Source: Phoronis australis
Lineage: Eukaryota; Animalia; Phoronida
DNA: 64,000 bases
Direction of reading: 5' to 3'
NCBI GenBank assembly: GCA_002633005.1
Contig: NMRA01000582.1
Span: 100,610 to 164,609, forward strand
Shown: positions 49,137 to 62,270 of the stretch, piece after piece
How the letters are laid out: each line of letters opens with the position of its first letter
Numbering within the stretch: position 1 is the stretch's first letter
Notes under the pieces: generated by a model
Databases searched by the model: none
Seen by the model: only the letters and a program-made list of their open reading frames with translations
Told to the model about the DNA's origin: nothing
Translations under genes and position numbers: made by a program

Positions 49137-52100
49137 GTAAGTGAAACATTCGCAATGCATGATTAAGGCTTTGCTGGGCTCTAAGCTGTCATAAGTCGTG
49201 GGCACTGACTTATCTGAGGTATCTTACGTAGTATAACTTTTGTAACTTAAATACCAAACGGAATAAACTTTCAATTTGCAAGTTGGAATAATCATCAATA
49301 TATTCCTACCAGAAAAGCTGTCACTATAGTCCTGTGTGCGTTTATACCATAGACTATAGTACATGGACCGCCAACTCCGTATACTTTCAATGGACGATCT
49401 TACGCATAAGCCCTTACGTCATTATTCACTGGCGACACCTGGCTAAATTTTCTGGTGCAATTTCCGGCAAGTACGTCGTCTGCTAATAATGGTCGGCTAC
49501 TGTGTGGCCGGTTGTTCGGCCACACACGCGAAAGTCAAAGGAATTAGCTTCCATACCATCCGAAGACCCCATAATCGGCTGTGGGAAGAAAAGCTTACTT
49601 CTTGTTTCAACGTGAATGGCAGTTGTTTCAGCAATAAGACTTTATACATTTGTTCAAGGCACTTCGAAGACTTATGTTTTTTAAGAGGCTCTACTACTTA
49701 TCCTGTCCTCACAAATCCATTTTTCTTTTTTCCGTTTTTTTGAAAACTATCTGGTAAACTGTTTGACGAAAATTGTCAGCTAAATTTCTTCCAAAGGTAG
49801 TGACCCATGAACTCCTGTCCTTACGAGGAACTTCAGTCATAGTCCAGTGATCGAATTAAGTAAACCAAATTACTTTTCGCTGGCCCTGATCAGACGGTTG
49901 TTCTCAGCAGAATGCGCACATTTGACCAGGATTTGGATCAGCCATTTCAACAAAATCACATTCGTGTACAAATAAATAGAACGCTGGTAAAACCTTTAAC
50001 ATAAATAAAGATTACATTCATACTTCAGAAATAACCACCTGGACCAGTCAAACTCTATCTCGCAACTCAACAGCAGGATACACAATATATGCCGCACAAA
50101 ATCTTTCGACTGTAGTCTATGAAAATTCAACCAACTTCTTTGAAAACATGGAACAGGAACACCAGAGGGGAGTGAAGGGTGTTTTTGTTCTTCAATGTTA
50201 AATTTTTGTAAGCGGACAAATGGTTTTTAAATTTCCGCATTAATTCCTAACATTTCCAAACTTAAGCCATTCAAATGAACGTTTATGACGAAAACAAAAT
50301 TCTTCAACCAGTTTTGTAAAGCCTGTGCTACCTGAAGGGTACATAATGAGCCAATCCCACTCCTAATGTAACAAAAGTGTCCTCGTGCATGAAGGATACT
50401 AAGTATTGCCTTCTGAAATATTACCGTATTCGCCCTAATAAGCGGCCAGGGCGCTTAGAAAAATCCGCTACAGGAAGGGGGCGCTTATCATAGCCCAAAA
50501 GTGGTTGAAACCCGGTCTCCGAAACAGGTGAAATCGTAAGCTAGAATTCATCAAATTTACGCTCCGTGACGAATCTGTAACCTATGACAGAGTTTCTACA
50601 AAACTGCAGTGCATTGCTATCAAACTTTGCTGTCAACTTACGAGCATTTTTCAGAAAATCCCACTGCCAAAAATTGCCCTGAATCAAGTTTCAAGCTCCT
50701 CAGCTTGGTTTAACTATATATTAATAAACCATAAAAACGGTTCAAAGTGATCAGTACAGTGCCTGCGCACGTCCAATAAATGTGTATCATGCAGCTCCTG
50801 ATTTAAACAAAGGTCTGTTTTTTTTAATTTTGGTCCGGTATAAATAACGCCACAGACCTGGAAATCCAGCGAAACACTTCTACCTTACAAATCTGACAAT
50901 CCCTAGTCTCAGAAAATTTGAACACCCGACAAAAGATACTAAAGATGAAATTCTGGTCAGTGATGATAATCACCCACTTCGTTTATTTACTTCACCTCAA
51001 TTTGAACTACTTGGTAAAATGAAGCCCATTCGAGTAAGCATCACGTGGGTCCCAATGCCAACCCAATATATGATAGAACCCAACAAGCTCAAGTTGCAGT
51101 CAAATCAGGATGGGCATAAATAAGGAAATTTGCTATATCAACAGATTGACCAAATAAGAATAAGATACAAAGTGTTGCTACAGTGCACACGTGCACGATA
51201 CTTGATCTATTATTTTCCCGCCGTAAATGCATGAACCAATCAGATCACCAATGGCGCAAAGTTTTCGAAAACAGCTCGATTTTTAGGGAGTCTTGTTACT
51301 GTTTTATTTATTTTCAAAACTTAATTGTGTTACATTTAATTTATTTTCTGTTGAACTGAATGAAGCTACCTATTATGAATGCATTTGACATAATTAATGC
51401 ATTGTAAAAACCAAAAGTTATGCTCTATCAACGTGAGACAAAATCAGTACACCCCTTTCTTAAAAAATAGGTTAAAAGTTAGAAACAAAGGACACAAGTT
51501 TCCATCACTTGTAACGTCGATTTTCGACATTGATGTTGAGGAGGAACATCAGTCTGGCGACAGCAACACGGAATCGTACGAAGGCGATGATTTTCAAAAT
51601 TTGATTCGTTTTCGTTGTACGTCTTTTTTCCCTATGGCTCAGGGTTACTTCTGAATCCAGGAACAAGAACTGAAAGAGGCAGGGTTCGTGATAACGTTGG
51701 AGAACGGTAACATTTATACAAGGTGTCATCTCCTCTGTTTTCATCCAATCTTCCCAGATGAAAACTTGAATGAAGAGCACCTTCAGTACTTAAGTGAGCA
51801 TGGCATACTGCGTGATTTATGTTGAATTATTAACGGTTCTTTTAAGAACCATTTAACGCTATACCTACAACCAACAACCCTTTTAAGGGCCACTCAACAC
51901 TTCACAGAAGAACTGCTCACTTGAGAATGTTGAATTATAAACATGCAAAGGTTAAAATAGTCAAATCGTTGCAGAGGCGCATTTCTTAATTCGAACAAAA
52001 TTGATATTTTTCTAAACCAAAAACGTTATATCAGTATCTTTTGGATTCACATGTACTCCCTGGAATTTGTGCACAAACATGCTTTCGTAGTTTTCTCAGT

Positions 52101-52790
52101 AGGCCTATGTGAACCATAAATCACAACTGTCCGATAACTATGCTGATATGCTAATGGGCAAGCAGACGACATATAATCAGTCGGTACCGAAGTTTGAATT
52201 TTGTAATTAATTACCAGTAGCATTGCCAGAAGTACTCACGATATCAACACTTCTACTATTGAAAGACTTTGAACAGCGTTTCAATGCCGAAATTAATATT
52301 TTTTTCGTTGTACTGGACAGTAATGTAGATGCAAATATTTCTCATCAAAATACACTTACCGGAAACTGTACCAGAAAGGTCAAGAGAGTGGCGGCGCCTC
52401 TTGGCTAGCACGTAAGAAAATGCCGGAGTTGCGAATCTGTTGTCTATAATCCATGTTTATACGAATGTACACAATACGCTTTTGTGAATTAAACGTGATA
52501 TGACAGCTACATGCTCATCTTATGATTTCACTGCTTATGCTTATTCCATTTCAATCTAAAGACAGCGCAGAGTATAATTAAACGCCGACTTAGTTGTTAA
52601 TACAGTAGCGAACGTATTGCACATTTTAAAATAATGTAAGTAGAATAAGTTATTCAACATTTTTATATCGTATCATTAGATTACCAAAATAAATCCTGGT
52701 AATCGTGATATAGTTTACACGAACGTTTCTTGAAATAAAAATAACTTGGCTACTAACGTACATTATGGAGATTTTGCACCTCAGATGTGA

Positions 52791-52853
<63 letters not shown>

Positions 52854-55288
52854 TACATGCACACGCAAACGTACACGCACACACATAGAAAGTCATGAAA
52901 TGTTGCTTACTAAATGCGTTGCAGTTTTTGATCTCGACACACCAGTTCACTTAAAAGTTTCGAACAGAAATTTGCTTTGGAGCACCCTGTTTTTCGCGGG
53001 GGGCCCAAGTTGTAGCTTAGTATAGCATAATGGACGATACGGCACTGAATATTTGTTTTGGACAACCATTCGTTGGTCGCTCTTCACGATACGTTAGGAT
53101 TATTGACCGCGGATGTGTTCAGTGTAGCAGCTTTCCAACCATAACGAGTTTGACAATAAAATTACGCCCTTAAGCATAAGAGGTTGCACGCAATCGCGGC
53201 GCAGGAATTCCTACCACATTTTAGAATTCGTTGAAATTCGGCTCCAAAAGTGAGATCTACAAGAGCCTATTTCTTTAAGGAAGAGGGGGGCAGAACCATC
53301 TATTCGTCGCGACTTTTACCAACCGCCACAATGCCAATCTGCATTTTATATTTCTAGAATTAAAGCTTCCGATTTCGTCAGTCCACATAAATTTGTTATT
53401 AACCCTTGCAGACATTGAGAAATGAATTTCAAGAACTAAAATGTGTCAGTTTTGGTGCGAAGCTGTTGATGTTCAGTAATGCACAATGAGTAAATTTTAT
53501 ATTTCTCCAAATTTAGCAACCCCGGTCTTTCTCTGCATTGATTCCCATTTTGACCTTATTGTTCAGGAGAAAGGCTGTTTTAAAAACCTGTTCAGTTGTT
53601 ACCACAGAACATTGTTATAAAAATAATAGAAAAAATTATCAAACTCTCTTAAGCAGTGTGCCTTTTTTTAATCATTTTCAGTCCAAGGCTACTTAGTGGA
53701 ACATTTGGTGGACAGTAGGGAGGAGTCTATCGTCATTGTTGTAGCTGCGCTGTCCATTGTTGTGTCGCTGGTTACCGTCTTTGCTTATTATACCAGAGCA
53801 CGGTACGTAAAGGAGACCGTTATTTTTACCAGTACCTCGCGAGAAGAGTTCGATACGTACATTGCGCGACTGATAAGATTTCTGCGAGGCGGCATCACCA
53901 GCTTGGACGAACAAGTAGACGTCAGTAATGGATTACCGGAAGACATGGAGGAACAAATGAACTCGATATTAGCTTCAGGCGGCCCTAAGGAGCTGATGCA
54001 GGCAACACAGCTTTATACAGCGTCGAGTAACTACGCCAAACACGCACCAAAAACCCCCGAGGGACTCCCGGTGCGGTTACCCAAACGGTCATTGCAAGTG
54101 GTGACCAGAGCTACCCAAACACGGTCGGCTTTCTATCGCACACATGGAGACATGACGGACGTGAAGAACAACGAAAATGAAACGCTAAGCGACGATGATC
54201 CATGCGCGATCAACTTGGGCAAAGCAGACGAGTGTGTGAGTCATCACTACAAAGGCGAAACGTATATATCGTATGCAGAAGTTGACAAGTGTCCCATAAC
54301 TTGTGCTGGCCAAGGAGACAATGTAATAATAGACGATCAGCGACTCTGTCTTCTACAGGTACCTCGACGGCAGTGCAAAATTACCAAAAATGCTGCCATT
54401 ACTGTCAGTGGGATACCTGTTAACAGAGATATCAGGCGTGGTTCAATTGAAAATGATTCAAAAGCTTCCGAATACAAAGAAGCAACGCGAGACAGGCCAG
54501 CTGAGCTAGCGGCATCCGAATCAATGTCACGTGCCAGCTCACCTGTAGCAGATGACGAAGTGAGTAACAGCACTGAAGTCATCTCAGCGAAGAAGGAGCT
54601 CTGTACAAACATTGATAAAGAAGACATTGACAGCAGCTGTTCCAACCTTACGTACACATGTGACTACAGTACTAGACGTGTTGCTGATCCACCTGAGACA
54701 GAAACAGAGGCTGTAAAAAATCCAGATGGCGGAAACGAGAATGATGCTAATATCAAAAATGGGGCAAAGGAAAATATTGCTGAAAACAAAACAACTGGCA
54801 AAACGTCATCTAGAGCAAAACACAAAAATGGCCAATGCCACACGGAAAATGTGAAGGAGGAAAATAGTGCCGCTATGGACGCTGGAAAGTCGCAAAATAT
54901 TGCAGTACTTAAAAGAAATGAATCAAAAAACGCGAAACGAAAATCAAAGGAAATTATAAAACGACGCAAGTCCGGACAAAGGAGGGCAAAGGCTACGGCA
55001 AAGAATGAAAAGTCCGATAGGATCGCAACAGAAAAGCTGAAAGAGGAAAACACCTGTGATACTGACAAAGAGGAGGAAAATGATCTGCAAGCACAGGGTG
55101 TACAACTAAAAGTAGAGAATGCGCTTGAAAACGATGTTAGCGGCAATTTGAGTGAAGAAGAAAAAAAGAGCACCAAGTCTGTAGTAAGGATTGACGAGAG
55201 AAGCCCGGTAGTTATATACTACTGTGCTGAAAGTTCCGTCAGTGCGGGAACCATTCAAGAAAAATTGTACAACGAAGGTGTCGTTTGA
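48881..55288 (+). CDS. Two-exon type-I membrane protein with a single thrombospondin type-1 (TSP1) domain and long cytoplasmic tail (~620 aa)
   Basis: Exon 48881-49136 (C|gtaagt) splices in frame to 53682-55288 (ttttcag|TC CAA GGC...); total 1863 nt. Confidence 0.82.
49348..52455 (+). mobile_element. P-element-like transposon remnant with THAP domain, in intron of the TSP1 gene
   Basis: CATAGACTATA...CAACTCCG / CGGAGTTGCG...TATAATCCATG ends; 7-bp TSD TTTATAC on both sides; THAP ORF 49489-49743 (YCVAGC...SFH...W...ICSRHFEDLCF). Confidence 0.75.
52792..52850. repeat. (CA)n microsatellite
   Basis: ~29 perfect CA units. Confidence 0.97.
53682..55288 (+). CDS. TSP1 protein exon 2 (TM + tail)
   Basis: 530-aa ORF; TM SIVIVVAALSIVVSLVTVFAYY then TRARYVK; charged E/K/N-rich tail. 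Confidence 0.85.
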
Positions 55289-58200
55289 GGGAAAATATGA
55301 GTAACTTGCGCGAGTGCTTGTTTCGTTGTCACAGTTTATGTGTGTTCGTATGATGATGGCCACTTCCGTTTCTTTTAATTTACATTGGCAATGGGTGCAA
55401 ATTACCATTCGTACGAGTAGTTCCGATCACAGTTTCACGGGTTGCATCCCTTCAGGAGAAAGTGCAGATACTTTCAGGTTACAACATTCTAGACGTAAGA
55501 GTGAGCGGATCTAATCGTTTTTGAGGCTTAAAATCTCCTCAAATCAACTGTCAATCACTTCAGTGGCCGCTATTTTACTAGTTTTTGCTAATAGGGCCAG
55601 CCAAGCTAACTCGCGATACATTTTTACTCGTGTGATTTACGAAGACTTGCCTGATCTTGTTTTCCGCAAGGTTCTCGTGCCTACGGTTTTCCTGCCGTGC
55701 AGCTCGCGTTGTGCGTTCTTCCTCAATGGTAAGTAGAAGTCAACGTTGGTGAACCAATGGCATGACATAGAACTGACCAGTAATATTTTTGTTTTATGAA
55801 TTCGGAATGACCTATGAAATTTGAAGACTGAAGACATGAAACTGAGCCGTGGTAGCCCATTCCCAATTAAAGCATCATTGTAGTAAATGTAAAGCAGACA
55901 GAGATGGAAATTGTCAATCACCCACTGGTGAGGTGACATGTGAAACCTATATATCTCTACTAGGCTTAAGATGTTGTCTAAGACTCAAACTATCAAAAAC
56001 GTGGGACCAGGCATTCTTTTACATTCAAAAGGAATCATAAATGCTTGCAGAAATCTTAAACACTGACAGTGACCAAAGAAGCGTAGCCAGCAAATAATTT
56101 CTCCTATCATGCTAAACGAAGTGTTATGTGCTGTTGTTCTTTTCTAAAATCAAAATGTCACTTTGGCTTCCAGCGAAGTTAGATAGGTTACTTATAGTTA
56201 TACAGGAAGGGTTACAGAACGATATGAGCAAATTATGTTGAATTTCATACGTTATATATTCCTGTACTATAGCAACAGAAAAACAACGATTGATTTTCTA
56301 AAACATGTGCAGGATATTTGTGCAATGTCGGTCAGTTTACCTGATACTTTTTCCAAGGAAGTTCCGGTCGTGTAAAATATATTCAGTCCTGTTCGCATTG
56401 AATGGTGAATCTATTGTGTGTTTACTCCACACATCGCCCAAGGTTTAAGGAAACATTCTCCTGGTAAACCATGTTTTGATATTTTAATATTTTGTTTAAA
56501 ACGAACCCAACCTTCTTACTAATGTGAGACTGGCATGTTCCACAGTTTTTATAGCAAATTATTCCATTTTAACCAACCACTAATAGTGAATCTGCTACCG
56601 CCCACAGCTGATTTGTTCATATTTCTCCATCATCAGAGTGTAGGTAGCCACAATTCAACAGGATCACCCATACATGCTATCTGAACAATTTGTGACTTAA
56701 CAAAATTACGGATTTAAGAATCATCATGTTGTTAACTCGTCTCTCAGATTGCATTAAACTTACAGGAGATACGAAATAAACGACACTAGATCTTACATAC
56801 TCTTGTCTTGTTGATTTCTATTGACTTTCCACGTCATTAACAGATCACTCCCGGAGATCTGTCGACCCCCGGCCTTTTCGTTTTCACCTGAGAGCCTTCA
56901 CTGACCTCTGTTGTGTGGAGCACTATGAGAACAACCCTTTCTTTAGATGGTCGGCTATTGAGTACTGTATGACTGGCGGAGTGCATCATTTGAAACACCT
57001 GCTGTCGGGTCTTGTGACTGTTTGACATAATAAAGTTTCAAGAAATGGTACAAGCGAGACAGTGAACGTGCCTTGTTGAACATATTTAAGGATTTAATGA
57101 GGTGGAATTTGTCGGATTATCTATGTGTATGTCTTTTTGTTGCTTGTGCGATGTAGACGTTTCCATGGGATATGTGTCTGAACCGTACAGTGATTTAGTA
57201 CATAGTTATGCGTCTAGGGTGTGGGTCGCGACTGAACTTCCAAAGAGGACACCTACCTGAAAATCCTCGTTTCAACGTTTTTAGACTAAAATATTCCATC
57301 CCGTAATCGTTTTTATTAGTAATCACCTGATTAATTTGTCGTCTAAGCTCACATTGTTTAAAAGAGGTTTTTAGTAGCCAGGGACAATCAAAAGGATATG
57401 TGCGAGATGGAAAGTTGAATTGGTAGTCTTGGCAAGAGCAAATGGTTCACGAATTTCAGATGTTTGGAAATACTTAAGTTCGTGAACCATTTCTAAAAAG
57501 GGCAAGGATCATAATTGACACTAATAATTTTCACTGTGATCCGAACCAGAAATTATTTTAACAAAAGGTGGATTTATAGCATATTACTTGTTTACAAAAC
57601 AGCTCAGACAAAAAATCCGTTATTAAATAGATAACGTAACTTGTCGTATTCCTTGCATATAGAGGGGCAAGTACTTGTGATGTCCAGCATGTTACCATTT
57701 TTAAGGTTGTTCTCGTCTGTCACCTTTTCTCTCACTTTGTGCTCCAAGTGCATCACACCGTAAACCGCTTCAGCTGGCGAATGTACTCACGCGAGAGTAG
57801 TAGTATTTCCAGACAGATAAAACCCGTTTGTCATTTGAGTGAATCACTATGCCTGACAAATACTCTTGGAAGAGAGACCGTTGTTGCCGCAGGAGTCAAA
57901 ATCTGAACGAACGTATGAATATCGAGAAGATAGTGTCGCCCGTGTTTAAAGAGGATTTGATGACTTGAACACGACTAATTACATTTGAAACTAATTGCTG
58001 AAAATAAAATCAAGAATATTATGCACCTTTACCCTACGTAATTAAATATGGATGAAATGCACTAGATATCGAGCATCGCCTGACCAAAAGAATTCTAATG
58101 GTAGGACAGGTCATATAGTCTAGCTGCCAGCCCAATAGCTCCCATAGTGAACCCTGCAATGTTGATTATTGTAATTTTTTGTAGAAATATATTAAATATG

Positions 58201-58574
58201 ACCAGGAGAACAAAATTAGCTTGGTTGCACTTAGTGGCGGATTCCGCCATTTTGAATTTCGAGCCACTTTGTTCTTTTCAACTTGATGACTAACAGGGTC
58301 ATGTAATACACTGTTTATACCAATTTCTGTGATGGAGAGTCCATTTCGGGTGTTATTTTATACCTGGGTGATACATGAGAAATAAAGGAAGAGGAAAAGG
58401 TCTGATGGGAGTTGAAGTGGAACTATTATGTACGAGTCATGTGCACAAATGTTGACCACCACCCTCTAAATAACAAACTGTGCGGCGGTAAACCATAGGG
58501 CGGGGTTAGGGCCAAGTATTTCAGTGCTGCGTTGACATGGGTGTCGCACTATAGGGGGCTGGGGTGGGCTGGGA

Positions 58575-58845
58575 CTTACTTGACTTAAAACCTTTGCCAC
58601 CCCGTGGAGGATAGGGCCTCCGTGACTGAGCACCATCGAATCCTGTTGTTCTCCATCTGTCTTATTTGCTGCATGTTGTATCCGGTTTCACTAAGTTCCG
58701 CTTCCATTGTCCTCCTCCACGTTTGGACTGGCCTGCCGCGTCGACGATTTCCCAGCGGGTTCCAGGACAGGGCTTGTTTTGTGATACTTTCGTCAGGTTT
58801 TCTGAGGGTGTGTCCAACCCACCTCCATTTTCGCCACTTTATCTA
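58575..58845 (-). mobile_element. RTE-clade LINE 3' fragment
   Basis: Minus frame KWRWVGHTLRKPDESITKQALSWNPLGNRRRGRPVQTWRR...RIRW; short (TAAG/CAAG) tail. Confidence 0.8.
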
Positions 58846-58929
58846 GGTCTCTACCCTCTCATGCCGAGTTGAAACTAAGCAGTCCCTGAAAGCACGGTTG
58901 TCCCACCACCGCTGGCCTAGCTAAGGTGA

Positions 58930-59115
58930 CACTGATGACTGCCGTATTTGCCCACTATCCGGGATCTGATCACAGCTTTGACCTTGACAATGTGCTAATC
59001 CTTGACAAGGAGCAAAATTGGTTTGAACAGGAGGAACAAGGAGTGCATACATGAAAGAATTGGAAATCCATTTTTGAACCGAAGGATCAACCTATCACAC
59101 ACCTTGGACAGGATT
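58930..59115 (+). mobile_element. Penelope-like GIY-YIG C-terminal fragment
   Basis: AVFAHY...HSFDLDNVLILDKEQNWF...NPFLNR. Confidence 0.55.
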
Positions 59116-59229
59116 CTGACTAAAATTTCCCGCCGATTTTCCCAACTCCGACCGAATCCAGCAGAGGTCGCACAGGCTTCAAAAAGCCAATAGACGCTGG
59201 CGAAAGGTTGCCTTTTATCTCAAGTAAGT

Positions 59230-60346
59230 GCAGTAACAACGACTCATATAATTTTCTGCATATGATACTCGTACTGAATAAGTCATAACATACATCGATT
59301 TACAATAAGTTGAAGAAAAGCAGCCTGTTATTACGTAACATCGTCGCACCCGCATTGGCGAAACGTTAAATGAATATCTTGAAACTAAAAAGGAATTCAA
59401 AGATTTATGTAGATCTGAGAAAATGCAACATAAGAACTAAGTGTATGAACAAGTTGTGAGCGCAACTGCATCAAGTGATTACAGAATATCCTGGCTGTTC
59501 ATAAAACGTAAAACAAATAAACCAAATGCAAATCATAGCAACAATATATGGGATGGGGAGTGGACTGACTATTTTTTGTTCATTACTCGACGCAAATAAC
59601 GAGATGTGAGATACTGCGTTTGAATATGAGCTCGCAATTGAATTAGAATTACAAACTTAGGAAGAAAACTTTGACATAAAGGACATGTTTCCATTTAAGA
59701 AAGATATTTCTGAAGAATTTGGTGAATCGGTTGAAAGTTACAAGTATGCAAAGAGGTAAAAGTCTCAACTGTAGACGGAATCCCAATAGAAATGTATAAA
59801 CTTTCGATGGACAGTATTAAGAATTTACCTTGTAAACTTTTTAACTGTATACTTTCAAACTTTTACAGAAAAGTGGCCAACTGGTATAATTTTACCTCCA
59901 TTTAAAACTGAAAATGCAGCAGAACCTGCAAATTAAAGAGGTGTAACACTGCTGAATGTTATAAGCATTTTTTTACTTCAGTCTTGAAAAAGAGATGCTG
60001 GGAGTATGAAAAAAAATTCTGGTAGAAAAACAAGCTGGCTTGAGAGAAAAATATTCAACGATAGATAATATTTTCATTCTTAACAGCTTGGTTGAAAAAT
60101 ATTGATCAATACAAAAATCAAAACCATTTCATTGTGCTAATATCGACCTCAGCAAGGCATTTGATTTGATAAATAGAACAAAATGCTAATATCAAAAGGT
60201 TTGGTTGGACCACTGTTATGTATTTATGTAACTGTAAATTCTAAAATAAAGACTGAATTAAGAATAACATATCAACAATTTGAGTGCAAGATTGGAGTCA
60301 GACAAGGCTGTATGTTAAGCCCATTATTGTATTCTTTGTATATTAA
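59230..60346 (+). mobile_element. Degenerate LINE, RT N-half
   Basis: DGIPIEMYK, QAG, TIDNIFIL, IDLSKAFD, GVRQGCMLSPLLYSLYI. Confidence 0.8.
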
Positions 60347-61306
60347 GGTTATCTCAAACCTTATTCACAAAAATGGCCATTTTTACAATATTTCACATAT
60401 GTCTAGAAAAATACCTTATCTTCATTCTCGGGAAACTTCAAATACAAAATGCATACTGCGTAGCGAGAAAAAAAAAATTTAACAGAACCACCTTGGAACA
60501 GCACAACCGCGTGGATATTTGTTTACTACTTATCCGAGGTTAAAGGTTAAAGGAATTTCTATCAAATCGAATCTCCCGCCAGGTACAGAACAGCTTCGTA
60601 TACCCTCAGTCCTTTCATTCATAAAGTAACCACAACATTGAGTCAACGAGGTGTACTTATGGTAGAATGGTGCCGGGGAAAACAAAGACGAAATGTAGTT
60701 TTAATCCTAAGGGAGTTGTGCGTCTACATGCATACTACCGTTGGTGTTGAGAACGAATGCTACGGTCGCCTCAGGCCTCTGTGGTCATGAACACAGCAAG
60801 TTGTGAAAAGAAATAAATCCTCACCCTAATTCCTTCATTCAATTAATAAATTGACATTTCAATGTTTCGATCTCATGCTAACGACATGCGCTAACCACAC
60901 ATTCGATTTTTGTTATCCATTTCTTCCTTGCATGCTTTCCTATCAGTCTCCCAGCACGTGACGTGCACAGGCTATGTGTTTAACACTGAATTGTGACCTA
61001 TTTACATAAAAGTAGGTCAAACGGTTGCAAAAAATAGTAAGAGTTTGCTGGTAACGGCACGTTTTAATGATAATTAAGTTGGTTACGCACTGTAAAGTCA
61101 GTTGACATTGCGAGTGAATGTTGAAAAAACGAACATATTTAAAGGAGAATGCCAAACTATTTAATTAGTCTTTTTTACCGTCTTAATCGGTCTATATCCA
61201 CATCGCCTCTTACATGGTCGACTTCACCTTGCCGACAGGTGTCGCGTTAACCTGTGAGGAAGGTGAGAAACGACGCAGCGACGTCAGTGGTTCGTCTGTA
61301 GAGTGA

Positions 61307-61545
61307 ATGTCGCGATATTGCGGTGCATCGTTCCCGCTTGTCGGAAGTATGAAGCTGCGAAGAAAGCGGGTATATTGTTTTTTCGATTTCCTAGAGAGCC
61401 GAAATGCTTAGAAACTGGCTCGCGGTAGTGAAGAATGAAAGATACGCTGTTAATAGCAAGTATGAGGCCGTGAAACATCTCCGTGTCTGTGGCCGGCATT
61501 TCGTCGACAGTGATTTCTCTGACGAATTCAGACTTACCAAAGACT
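61307..61545 (+). pseudogene. THAP zinc-finger (transposase N-terminus) remnant
   Basis: RCIVPAC...FFRFPREPK /frameshift/ LRNWLAVV...LRVCGRHFVDSDF. Confidence 0.8.
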
Positions 61546-62175
61546 TATACATACGTTCCGTTGCTTGTGCATGTTCACGGCGCCTCTCTAGTATTTCTTG
61601 ATCAGTGTACTCCGGTTCGAACTGATAACATGTGAAACCTAACGATCCGACCCGTGAAGACTGCGTTGCCATGTAGACGTTTATTATTCTGCGTTCTGTT
61701 TCAAAATGAATTATTCTCATCCAAACCAATGCTTATATAAAACTGAAACAAAGTCTGTCTCATTAGATACAAGTTGTAATGCCTTTGCAGTATTAGTGAG
61801 GGCAAATGTTGAGAAACCAGCAACGAATAAACCACTGCGTTGCCGGCTTTTGATGCCGGCAATAAAGGTAATTGACCGGGCACCGAGGCCGTGTAAGCGC
61901 ATGCTGACAGGAAGTTGTTGTGAAACAATTTTTCGATTTTATACGCAATACATTATTCAAATCATTGTTACTGTACAACCTTTGCCCTGGCGGTCTTTGG
62001 AATGGGAACCCGACTTCGCGGCCCCCGACAAGTAAGAAGATTTTAAGTTTCGTGGCTAATTCACCAACATAATTACTTGCACATTACTTCTTTGGCTCAC
62101 TGTTACAGGCTTTTCGTGACTGGAGGTTTAGTTTCCAACTGAAGCTGGTTTTATATTTGTGCCAGTCCCGGCGGT

Positions 62176-62270
62176 CGCGACGGGCCTGATCGGGTTCCGA
62201 GCCACTGGCTGGGATTACGAGTAAGTTCGACCGCGACGGGCCTGATCGGGTTCCGAGCCACTGGCCGGGA
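62176..62270. repeat. Direct repeat, 2 x ~38 bp (57-bp period)
   Basis: CGCGACGGGCCTGATCGGGTTCCGAGCCACTGGCYGGGA twice. Confidence 0.85.

Noticed and set aside
54337-55176. Antisense ORFs (106 and 170 aa, F/S-rich)
   Set aside because: Shadows of the E/K-rich plus-strand exon.
56844-57025. Insulin-like peptide A chain (CC...YC after RR)
   Set aside because: Cysteine spacing lacks the CCxxxC pattern, and there is no proper B chain or start codon.
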